A stretch of DNA of 64,000 bases, taken from assembly GCA_028717685.1 (NCBI GenBank), contig JAQUNI010000001.1, positions 207,451 through 271,450 of the forward strand, given 5' to 3'. Shown piece after piece: positions 17,813 to 25,749 of the stretch. Numbering within the stretch: position 1 is the first letter of the stretch; each line of letters starts with the position of its first letter. This stretch comes from Patescibacteria group bacterium (lineage in GTDB: Bacteria; Patescibacteriota; JAQUNI01). Under the pieces are notes generated by a model. That model searched no databases, had not been told where the DNA came from, and saw only the letters and a program-made list of their open reading frames with translations. A program made the position numbers and the translations under genes.

Positions 17813-19090
17813 ATGCCAAAGATGAGTAGCAAAAATAAGTATTTGACTCTTGGTCTCCAAACACTAGGAATATTTATTGTTTTTGTTTTAGCTTTTTTCT
17901 GGGCAAATAAATCATTTGCTTATGAAGCGCATGTGATTGGCGTAACAGCGATGTTTCAAAATTATGTTTGCGGCGATGGCAATCTCAATCCCGGCGAAGA
18001 ATGCGATGACGGCAACAACACTAATGGCGATGGCTGTTCGGCGACTTGCGTCCTTGAGAAAACACCTAGTTGCATGAAAATTAACGAGGTCTATTACTAT
18101 CCAGATGATGCGCATGGCGGCGGGGATGCCGAATGGATTGAGCTTTATAATGCTTGCGAATATCAAGTTAATCTTAAAAATTGGTATTTGAAAGACAACA
18201 CTCAAACGGAAACCATCCATCAAAATTATATTATTGACCCCAGTCAATTTGTAGTTCTCGCGCCCAATGCTTCAATTTGGGAAAAATACTGGGATATTAC
18301 CCCTACGAACGCCATAAAAATCGCTTTGGGCGGCGGACAAAAAATGTTTAATAATCTAGCGAATGACGGCGATCGGGTTTTCCTTTATGATAATCACGAT
18401 AATGAGATTGACGCAGTAAGCTGGGGCGCGGATACAACCGCTTTTGACCCGAGCGTCCCCGGTGTTACCGAAGGTCATTCTATCGCCCGTAAAACAAAAG
18501 GTGTGGATACCGATACAGCAGACGACTGGGGAGATTTACCTACACCCAACCCGGGCACAAATCCCCATTCAACAATCCAAACAACTGTTCCTGAACCGCC
18601 CAAATTACAAACCAGTAATCTTAATATCGCTGGCGACAGCACGCCGATAATAACTGACACGACTGTGGGCGATGCCGATGATTCCACGCCCGCGACCAAG
18701 AATAACATAATAACCGACCCTGGCGATTCTACGCCCGCGACTGATACCCTTGAGGTAAAAGAACAGGAAGATATATCCCCTGCCTTAGAATCAAATGAAA
18801 ACCAAGAAGATAATGATAGCGCGGAAAATCCTGGTGAAACAGAAGATATTTCTCCTCCCTCCGGTTCTGATGACTCTCAAACCGATTTAACGCAAGAAGA
18901 CCCTGTAACAGACAATACGCCACCTGCTGCTAATAAAGAAGACATCAATAACACTGATTCATCTCTATCCCCGCCTGAAAATCCAGAGCCAGAAGAGGAA
19001 ACCAGTCCAACCAATAACCCAGAATCAAATTCTTCTTCTGAATCCCCTCCCCCTAACCCCGCAGAAGGTACGGAAAATAATCCCTCTTAA
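17813..19090 (+). CDS. secreted protein, candidate SipW-cognate: signal peptide, conserved strand (YEAHVIGVTA), Cys-rich repeat (CGDG...GEECDDGN..GDGCS..C), lamin-tail domain (INEVYY...EWIELYN), long acidic S/T/P/D/E-rich tail
   Basis: Motifs read directly from the translation; LTD signature INEV..EWIELYN..W.L.D; the tail is ~170 aa of low-complexity acidic sequence. Confidence 0.6.
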   Translation: MPKMSSKNKYLTLGLQTLGIFIVFVLAFFWANKSFAYEAHVIGVTAMFQNYVCGDGNLNPGEECDDGNNTNGDGCSATCVLEKTPSCMKINEVYYYPDDAHGGGDAEWIELYNACEYQVNLKNWYLKDNTQTETIHQNYIIDPSQFVVLAPNASIWEKYWDITPTNAIKIALGGGQKMFNNLANDGDRVFLYDNHDNEIDAVSWGADTTAFDPSVPGVTEGHSIARKTKGVDTDTADDWGDLPTPNPGTNPHSTIQTTVPEPPKLQTSNLNIAGDSTPIITDTTVGDADDSTPATKNNIITDPGDSTPATDTLEVKEQEDISPALESNENQEDNDSAENPGETEDISPPSGSDDSQTDLTQEDPVTDNTPPAANKEDINNTDSSLSPPENPEPEEETSPTNNPESNSSSESPPPNPAEGTENNPS

Positions 19091-19111
19091 ACTCTCTGTG
19101 TATATAATTTT

Positions 19112-19906
19112 ATGATTAAGTTTGACCGCAAATTAAAACGAGTCCTCTTTTCTCCCCAAGAAAAAAGTTTTAGGACTAAATTATTTATTTTCTTAACAGG
19201 AGCAATAACCCTCGTTTTATTTTTCTTCGTTCTGCAAGAAGAAACAACGCGCGTCTCGGCGCAAGCCTTGCCTATTGCTGTCTCAATGAATCATATTGAT
19301 TTTGGTTTGGTCTTTCCCGGGGAGAGTCTGGAAAAAAACTTTATTGTTTATCTGGCCAATGGTCAAACCGAAAAAGTAAATTACAGTTTAATTCAAAGGA
19401 GAAAGCCCCTGCCGCCTGAATCCAAAATTGAGGAAGATCCAAATATGCCCGGTTTCTATCGCGACCTCTGCCCCTTTCTCACCAAAACCACCAAAGAGGG
19501 GGAAGGTGATTTGGAAATCGCAGCGTCGGTGACACCCACCACTGATCTTACCGATAAATGGCTGATTGACTTGGCAGTACCAGCGTTGGAAGGCTATGTG
19601 GCTCAAGAACACGGTGATAAGATAGTGAAGATTGCCGGCGACTATGGCTGTGATATCGTGATTGATATTGAGTCGAATGGTAATGGTACAGACGGAAATG
19701 GAGCTGGCGGCGGTCCAGAATGGTTTTGGCAGGATATGAATCTTGCGGGAGCCATGGAAATAGCTACCTCTCCAATCAAAAAAGTTGTGCAGGCAGCAGT
19801 CAAATTACCGGCTAAACTCCCCCGCGTTGGCGCGTGGGGCAGCCTTATTGCCGCCTCAATGGGCTTAATCGCGACAGCAGCCTTTTATAGAAGGAATAAA
19901 AAGTGA
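19112..19906 (+). CDS. secreted protein, candidate SipW-cognate TasA/camelysin-like: signal-anchor, 'IDFGLVFPGESLEKNFIVYLANG' segment, WLIDL...GCD motif, Gly/Asn-rich segment, C-terminal hydrophobic helix plus basic tail
   Basis: IDFG..PGE...F.V.LANG resembles the TasA N-terminal NLKPGD...F.F.NNG; DKWLIDLAVPALEGYVAQE...GCDIVIDIE is shared with 15437..16657; C-terminus GSLIAASMGLIATAAFYRRNKK looks like a membrane anchor. Confidence 0.55.
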   Translation: MIKFDRKLKRVLFSPQEKSFRTKLFIFLTGAITLVLFFFVLQEETTRVSAQALPIAVSMNHIDFGLVFPGESLEKNFIVYLANGQTEKVNYSLIQRRKPLPPESKIEEDPNMPGFYRDLCPFLTKTTKEGEGDLEIAASVTPTTDLTDKWLIDLAVPALEGYVAQEHGDKIVKIAGDYGCDIVIDIESNGNGTDGNGAGGGPEWFWQDMNLAGAMEIATSPIKKVVQAAVKLPAKLPRVGAWGSLIAASMGLIATAAFYRRNKK

Positions 19907-19936
19907 AATTCTAGGGAATTTTTTTTATTTATTAAA

Positions 19937-19965
19937 AACACCCCTAAAGAATAAGAGGGTGTTTT
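19937..19965 (+). terminator. intrinsic terminator (AACACCCC...AGGGTGTTTT family)
   Basis: aacacccctaaagaataagagggtgtttt; same stem and loop family as 14747..14776. Confidence 0.6.
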
Positions 19966-19968
19966 AAT

Positions 19969-20093
19969 TAATTTTCAATTTTCATTAAATTTTCAATGTA
20001 TTAATTTTCAAACTTTTTTGTTGATGAAAGTTTTTAAAAATTAAAAATTAAAAGAATTTAATAGAAATTAGAAATTGAAAATTAAAAATTATT
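19969..20093. repeat. heptad-repeat palindromic element (TTTCAAT / GAAATTA arms)
   Basis: aattttcaattttcattaaattttcaatg ... aatttaatagaaattagaaattgaaaattaaaaatta. Confidence 0.6.
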
Positions 20094-20431
20094 CGTCTGT
20101 GGATAACTTTCTTGAATCAAATCTTAAACAAAAATATAATAAAAGTGCGTGTTTCCGCTAGTGTCAAATATTGTCATGCCGTTCTTTCGCTCCTTAGCGT
20201 CTAGCGCCAAAAGGAGCAATTGCTTATCCGCCTTTTTAGGACAAAGGCGGACACCATGCCTCTTGGAGAACTTATATTTTTTATGCGCGTGTTGAGTAAG
20301 TTTTCCAAGAGCGCTTTTTTTTGACAAAAAAAATTAAAAATGGTATTATAGAAAGGCTTTATTCTAAGAACTTGTTATTATTCTTGCTATTATTTTGGTA
20401 CATTTTATTTCAAAAATAAGGAGAGCAAAAA

Positions 20432-20683
20432 ATGAAACAAGTTGCCCAGTATCTAGCTGTTTTTTTATTCTTCTTTCTATTGATTTTCGGCGGAGCGGAC
20501 GTGGATAACATAAGCTATCTCCTTGCCATTCTGGGAGTGGCTATATTGGGAATAATCACGATTATTATTCTGGTTGTCGTTGATAACCGCCGTCATCCGC
20601 CCATTACAACAGCGGACTTGATTAAAAAAATGAATTTTGACACGCATCAAGAGATTATTAAATCAGCCCGCCGTTCTCTTTAA
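20432..20683 (+). CDS. small hypothetical membrane protein (83 aa, two TM helices)
   Basis: Hydrophobic segments; upstream AAGGAGAG RBS; followed by an intrinsic terminator. Confidence 0.4.
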   Translation: MKQVAQYLAVFLFFFLLIFGGADVDNISYLLAILGVAILGIITIIILVVVDNRRHPPITTADLIKKMNFDTHQEIIKSARRSL

Positions 20684-20712
20684 GGATCTGACCATTCAAG
20701 ATCCTTTTTTTA
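20684..20712 (+). terminator. intrinsic terminator
   Basis: GGATCTGACCATTCAAGATCC followed by TTTTTTT. Confidence 0.7.
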
Positions 20713-21029
20713 TTTAAAATTTTATGGTTCAGATTGGGAGATCTGAACCAACAGTAAGGGAATATAAAAAGATCAAAAAGAAATTCTAAAAAATAAAAGT
20801 GGCTTCTAAAAAGCCACTTTTATTGCTGGCTCCATAGTCCTGAGCGTTAGCGAGGGCTATGGAGCCTTAATGCAAATCATTTCATCTAAAAGGACTGCAT
20901 CCCGCTCCCTCACTACTATGAAGCCAACGAGGTCGTCATTTACTCGTCATTCCCAAATGACGAGTTTTTTTAACACAAAACCCCGTTTCAAAACGGAGTT
21001 TTGTGTAGTATATTTCTTATCAATAACCG

Positions 21030-22103
21030 CTATAAAAGCAGGTCGTTAGGAAAATTATCGCTTATTACGGGCTTTTGTCTAACCTTCAGATAAGAAGAAG
21101 CATTTGCTTTAGCTTTAGCATAATCAAAAGCTTCTTCTATAACCACATCTTTTCTTTCTGGTTGTACTCCGTCTTTATCATGGTCATATTTATCTGCCAA
21201 GCCTTGCAACATTCCTTCATTGACAAAATAACGGGTGAACACTCCTTCGCCATCTTGGATTCCATTGCCATCCACATCCTCCCCGGCAGTGGAATAGACA
21301 TAAGCTGATTGAGTTTCTCCGGTTGCCATAGAAACTACTCTTCCAACGCTTGCCACATCGTTCATTCCGCCAGCAAGGCAAGAGTCAAAAACAAAAGCAA
21401 TCCTTGTAGTAGCAAAACCATCAAACCAATTTCTTAGTTCCCCGTCCCATATGTAAGTTATGTTATTCTCTGTATTAGCTTCGGTGTTCCAAACAACAAT
21501 GCCTTCATCTGTGAGTTCACTGTCTCCGTCCATAGCTGTCCCTTTTGTTCCATGTCCGCTGAAAAAGAATACCACTTCATCGCCCGATATAGCATGACCT
21601 TTAATATCCATTATAGCATTATAAATCTTTTCGCGGGTTGGAATACTATAGGCAACACTACCAAGGTTAGGACCAGTAGTACCTCCGTCGTCCTTAAACA
21701 ATTTGATATTTTCTGGTTTATATCCATAAAGCTCGATAAGAGCTTTATACATATGCAGTGAATCTCCATCGGACTGGCAGAGGTCAAGGTTTGTGCCTGG
21801 ATAATCACAAATTCCGATTATCACCGCATATTTATTACCTGTTGCCGGCGCGCCTAAAATTCCAGTGGCTGCGCTCCCCGTTTTAGAAGGAGGAGAAGGT
21901 TTGCCCTTTCCCTTACCCACATCTTCAGAAAAAACTTTCTTTACCACCTCTATATTAGTAGCAGGAATGGGTTTAGGCGCTTCTCTCTTCGGACCCTGCT
22001 GTTTTTCAGATGGCGCTGCTTGAGAGACTAAAACTCCGGATAAAATCAAAGTTAATCCGAGTATCGCTATACTAGATACTAAAATACTTAATCCTTTTTT
22101 CAT
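21030..22103 (-). CDS. secreted caspase-like cysteine peptidase (Peptidase C14 family) with a C-terminal Asp-rich Ca-binding (dockerin/EF-hand-like) tail
   Basis: Signal peptide; His motif VVFFFSGHG and Cys motif AFVFDSCLAGG in the caspase order and spacing; tail DVDGNGIQDGEG ... DHDKDGV. Confidence 0.65.
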   Translation of the reverse strand: MKKGLSILVSSIAILGLTLILSGVLVSQAAPSEKQQGPKREAPKPIPATNIEVVKKVFSEDVGKGKGKPSPPSKTGSAATGILGAPATGNKYAVIIGICDYPGTNLDLCQSDGDSLHMYKALIELYGYKPENIKLFKDDGGTTGPNLGSVAYSIPTREKIYNAIMDIKGHAISGDEVVFFFSGHGTKGTAMDGDSELTDEGIVVWNTEANTENNITYIWDGELRNWFDGFATTRIAFVFDSCLAGGMNDVASVGRVVSMATGETQSAYVYSTAGEDVDGNGIQDGEGVFTRYFVNEGMLQGLADKYDHDKDGVQPERKDVVIEEAFDYAKAKANASSYLKVRQKPVISDNFPNDLLL

Positions 22104-22297
22104 GTTTTATGTTTTTAATTAAATTATAAATATTTAACCTTTGAGTTAAGGATTTTTCTCTTAACCTATATTAAAATTTTAACATATTTTTTGTAGAAAA
22201 ACAATAAATTATTAGGGCTTAGAAAATTCAAAACACGGGCATTGGGGTCAAGGTCTTGAATCATCCCGCGCGGTCGCTTATCACTTCATTCTAATCT

Positions 22298-22371
22298 TGG
22301 CAGGGGTGGAGGGAATCGGACCCCCGACTACGGTTTTGGAGACCGTCGTTATACCACTTAACTACACCCCC
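22298..22371 (-). tRNA. tRNA-Trp (anticodon CCA), 3' CCA encoded
   Basis: Manual cloverleaf: acceptor GGGGGTG/CACCCCT, anticodon loop CTCCAAA, T-loop TCCGATT, 3' end GCCA. Confidence 0.75.
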
Positions 22372-22380
22372 GAAAATAAA

Positions 22381-22494
22381 ATTTCTAATTTTCAATTTCT
22401 AATTTCTATTAAATTTTCAATGAATCAATTTTTAGGCAGTTTAAAAATTAAGAAATTAGAAATTTAATAAAAATTAAGAAATAAAAATTAAAAA
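22381..22494. repeat. heptad-repeat palindromic element (TTTCTAAT / GAAATTA arms) between tRNA-Trp and rpmG
   Basis: atttctaattttcaatttctaatttctattaaattttcaatg ... aaattagaaatttaataaaaattaagaaataaaaattaaaaatta. Confidence 0.6.
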
Positions 22495-22656
22495 TTATTT
22501 CTTTACTTCTTTATGCAAGATGTGCTTGCGGCAATGGCGGCAGTATTTTTTTAATTCCAGTTTTTTCGCCTGCGGATCCTTCTTGTTGCGGCGGGTGAAA
22601 TAATTGATATTCTTGCACGCCGTGCATTGCAGGCGAACTAAAGTTTTTTGGGGCAT
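22495..22656 (-). CDS. rpmG: 50S ribosomal protein L33
   Basis: Not in the ORF track (53 aa); translation [53 protein letters not shown] with the L33 Cys4 zinc ribbon; the conserved rpmG/tRNA-Trp neighbourhood is present. Confidence 0.85.
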   Translation of the reverse strand: MPQKTLVRLQCTACKNINYFTRRNKKDPQAKKLELKKYCRHCRKHILHKEVKK

Positions 22657-22695
22657 AGAAATAAGTTAAAAGATAAAAGTGAAAAGTCATTTTTG

Positions 22696-22767
22696 AGCCC
22701 ACGAGCGGATTTGAACCGCTGACCTACTCCTTACCATGGAGTTGCTCTACCACTGAGCTACATGGGC
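22696..22767 (-). tRNA. tRNA-Thr (anticodon GGU)
   Basis: Manual cloverleaf: acceptor GCCCATG/CGTGGGC (one G-U pair), D-arm GCTC..GAGC, anticodon stem ACTCC/GGAGT, loop ATGGTAA, T-arm AGCGG-TTCAAAT-CCGCT. Confidence 0.75.
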
Positions 22768-22864
22768 TAAAAAGGAATCATATATTATGAATCAGGAATT
22801 ATGAATGGGGAAAATTATGAATAAAAAAAATAATTCATTATTCCCGATTCCCTATTCCTTATTC

Positions 22865-22947
22865 CATGATTGTGGGGAGAGCAGGATTTGAACCTGCGTA
22901 GCCCGAAGGCGCGAGTTTTACAGACTCGAGCAATTGACCACTCTGCC
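22865..22947 (-). tRNA. tRNA-Tyr (anticodon GUA), long variable arm
   Basis: Acceptor GGGGAGA/TCTCCCC, anticodon loop CTGTAAA, long variable arm, T-loop TTCAAAT. Confidence 0.75.
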
Positions 22948-23092
22948 ATCTCCCCGTCTTCAAGTTAAAAGTCCAGAGTTCAAAATTCAAAGTTGAATCC
23001 AAAGTTCAAAGTTAAATTCCTGAGATTTTAAATTTTTAACTGTAACTTTTAACTTTGCACTTTGAACTTTTAACTATTTTTGAGCCGAGGAG

Positions 23093-23164
23093 AGGATTCG
23101 AACCCCCAACCTTGGCTTTACAAAAGCCCTGCTCTACCTTTGAGCTACCTCGGCAAAAGGGAAT
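23093..23164 (-). tRNA. tRNA-Thr (anticodon UGU)
   Basis: Acceptor GCCGAGG/CCTCGGC, D-arm GCTC-AAAGGTA-GAGC, anticodon loop TTTGTAA, T-loop TTCGAAT. Confidence 0.75.
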
Positions 23165-23248
23165 AATGAATCAGGAATTATGAATGAGGAAAATTATGAA
23201 TAAAAAAAATAATTCATTATTCTCCAATTACCAATTACTAATTACAGA

Positions 23249-24205
23249 TTACTGATTACCCTTAATCTTCCTCTGTTTTTCTAAAAGCTCAATATATTTA
23301 TAATTACCAGGATATGCTTTCACCAGTTCTTCATAGGTTCTTACTGTTTTATCAATATTGTTCTGATTGCGATACATCTTGCCTAATTCTAAGTAAAAAT
23401 ACTCTTTGGAGCGGTTCTTTTTAATCGCCCGACGATAAATTTTTTCCGCCTCCTTCATCTTACCTTCCTCAGTATAAGCGAATCCTAACTTCCTATAAAC
23501 ATCAATTTCGTCCGCTCCTCTTTTCAAGGCTTCTCGAAAAGAAGATTCGGCATCGCGAAAATTTCCCTGCTCAAAATAAAGAGTGCCCAATATTTTGTAA
23601 ACTTGGGCATTTTTAGGACTCTTGCGAATGACGGAAAAACAAATCTTTTCTGCCGCTTTGAAGTGTTTTATTTTAACAGCATTTTGAGCATCGGTCAACA
23701 ACTCTTCCAAGCTTAACTCTTCCTGCTCTTCCCGCTTTAAAAGCGCGGAGGGAATTTCCACTTTGACCTCTCTGGCTTTGAACCCTTGGGACGTAAATGG
23801 TTTCGGCTTTCTTAACCTCCGTGCTTCTTGCTCATCCCCTGCCCGCATTAATATTTTTTCTTCCTGTTGAATTTTTTCGTTTTGATATGGTATTTTTTGC
23901 TTGTTTTTTCTTCTCGCCTCGATGAGCCCTTTAATTCTACCTCCCAAGGCTTTCAGCCCCCTCCTGCATAAAACCAAAATTTTTTTTGCCGCTCCTCCGC
24001 CCTTCCGAGCAACGGACAAAATAAAATACCATATATGAGGCAGACACGTTTTAAAAACCGCTAAAACTGTTTTTCTATTTTTTCTCGGCTTTGATACCGC
24101 ATCTATTTTTAACTCTCGGACCTCGGGCAACTTCCGACCTAAAATCACAACAATACCCGCCAGCGCTAAAACAATTACGAATTGAGGAATGATCTCGTAA
24201 ATCAT
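23249..24205 (-). CDS. membrane-anchored TPR-repeat protein
   Basis: N-terminal TM; C-terminal TPR-like repeats (..YKILGTLYFEQGNFRDAESSFREALK.., ..YRKLGFAYTEEGKMKEAEKIYRRAIK..). Confidence 0.6.
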   Translation of the reverse strand: MIYEIIPQFVIVLALAGIVVILGRKLPEVRELKIDAVSKPRKNRKTVLAVFKTCLPHIWYFILSVARKGGGAAKKILVLCRRGLKALGGRIKGLIEARRKNKQKIPYQNEKIQQEEKILMRAGDEQEARRLRKPKPFTSQGFKAREVKVEIPSALLKREEQEELSLEELLTDAQNAVKIKHFKAAEKICFSVIRKSPKNAQVYKILGTLYFEQGNFRDAESSFREALKRGADEIDVYRKLGFAYTEEGKMKEAEKIYRRAIKKNRSKEYFYLELGKMYRNQNNIDKTVRTYEELVKAYPGNYKYIELLEKQRKIKGNQ

Positions 24206-24338
24206 TATTGTATAATGGTTTAAAGTGAAGGTCCTTAAAGAATGAAATTTGGATTTTAATTTTACGCCACCCTCCCCCTTTTCACTCTAGATAAACCTCT
24301 CTTAAGGGCGGTTATTTCCTTGCGCAAGCCCTTCACCT

Positions 24339-25133
24339 TTAACTAAAGGTGAATGGGCAAGAGATCTCAATTTCTGTCCCGTCCTGGCTCAACTTAACTT
24401 TAACTTTCTGCGCCAAAAGGCTGCGACTGACAACTATCCCCTTGCCTTGGGGAGTGTTAACCACTTCATTGATTTCCGGCATCTGGCGGGCCAGTTCTTC
24501 ATACATATCCGCTTCGTAAGAAAGACAACACTTTAAGCGTCCGCACAATCCGGAATTTTTTTCACTGCCCTTATGGGTCATTTCTTGCATTCTAGCCATA
24601 TCCGTGGTGACGCTTTTCAATTCCTCCAAGAAACGGCTGCAACAAATTTCGCGGCCGCACATCCCATAACCGCCTACCACTTTCGCGCCATCTCTGGAGC
24701 CAACTTGCTGCAAGCGAATTGATTTCTGAAAATGATGCGTCAAGTCCTTTAAAAGATTGCGAAAATCAATCCTTCCCTCCGCTGTAAAAGCAAAAGTAAT
24801 GCGGCTGCCGTCCAAAGCAAAATGGACATCAATCAGTTTCATCGTGAGTTTATATTCTTTGATTTTCTCTTGAAAAATTTTGACCGCCTCATCCTTCTTG
24901 GTTTTATAATATTGAATCTTTTCCAGGTCGGTATTGACCGCTTTTCTTAAAACCGGCTTCAAGGCCGTTACCGATTTTTCCTCTGCGCTCTCCCTCACAT
25001 AAAGCACTCTCCCCAACTCCAAACCCTGTTCTGTTTCCACAATCACAGCATCATTTTCTCTTAAATTCAAATCCCGCGGATTGAATTCCTCCGTCATCCC
25101 CCAAGATTTAATTTTGACATTTACCACCTGCAT
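24339..25133 (-). CDS. PSP1 C-terminal domain protein (RicT/YaaT-like)
   Basis: PSP1 signature with Cys cluster GMCGREICCSRFL...GLCGRLKCCLSYE; the track ORF starts at 25184 and overlaps tsf; Met18 (MQVVNVKIKSWG) is the likelier start. Confidence 0.7.
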   Translation of the reverse strand: MQVVNVKIKSWGMTEEFNPRDLNLRENDAVIVETEQGLELGRVLYVRESAEEKSVTALKPVLRKAVNTDLEKIQYYKTKKDEAVKIFQEKIKEYKLTMKLIDVHFALDGSRITFAFTAEGRIDFRNLLKDLTHHFQKSIRLQQVGSRDGAKVVGGYGMCGREICCSRFLEELKSVTTDMARMQEMTHKGSEKNSGLCGRLKCCLSYEADMYEELARQMPEINEVVNTPQGKGIVVSRSLLAQKVKVKLSQDGTEIEISCPFTFS

Positions 25134-25149
25134 ATTCTGAAGAAAAGAT

Positions 25150-25737
25150 TTAGATTTCAAATTTAATAAACTCCCCCACCTCAATCTTCTCGCCTAACTT
25201 CAATATTTTTTCCTGCACCAATGCTTGAACGCTCATCTCTGGGTTTTGAAAAAATGGTTGCGCGAGAAGACAAATTTCTTCCTGATATTTCTTTAATTTT
25301 CCTGCCACAATCTTCTCTTTGACCTGCCGCGGTTTCTTTTTTCCTTTAAGCTCTCCTAAAATGATTTCCTTTTCTTCTTTGATTTTTTCCGCGGGGATAT
25401 CTTCCGGACGAACATAAAGCGCGCCCGCGGCTAAAACCTGCATTGCCAAGAGATGAGCTAATTCTTGAAATTCCTTATTTCGCGCCACAAAATCACTCTC
25501 GCAATAGACCTTGATGAGAGAAGCTACCTTGCCATTATTGTGGACATAACAGCCAATTACGCCTTCATGCGCGACCCGATTTTCTTTCTGCCTCGCAATT
25601 TTCTGCCCTTTTTTTCTTAATATTTTTTCTGCCTCCTTTAAATCGCCATCCGCCTCGCAAAGCGCTTTTTTGCAATTCATCATTCCCGCACCCGTCATTT
25701 CCCTTAATTTTTGAATAGAAATGATTGCTATTTTCAT
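25150..25737 (-). CDS. tsf: translation elongation factor Ts
   Basis: EF-Ts N-terminal UBA-like motif IQKLREMTGAGMMNCKKALCEADGDLKEAEKILRKKG; conserved rpsB-tsf pair. Confidence 0.9.
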   Translation of the reverse strand: MKIAIISIQKLREMTGAGMMNCKKALCEADGDLKEAEKILRKKGQKIARQKENRVAHEGVIGCYVHNNGKVASLIKVYCESDFVARNKEFQELAHLLAMQVLAAGALYVRPEDIPAEKIKEEKEIILGELKGKKKPRQVKEKIVAGKLKKYQEEICLLAQPFFQNPEMSVQALVQEKILKLGEKIEVGEFIKFEI

Positions 25738-25749
25738 TTTTTAATTTAT

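Noticed and set aside
20124-20327. 67-aa ORF on the minus strand
   Set aside because: Lies entirely within a GC-rich palindromic repeat element (20150-20290); translation has no features; likely spurious.
22511-22702. 63-aa ORF in the track
   Set aside because: Wrong frame. It overlaps the clearly recognisable L33 gene (22495..22656) and runs into tRNA-Thr(GGU), so it is an artefact of the 60-aa ORF cutoff.
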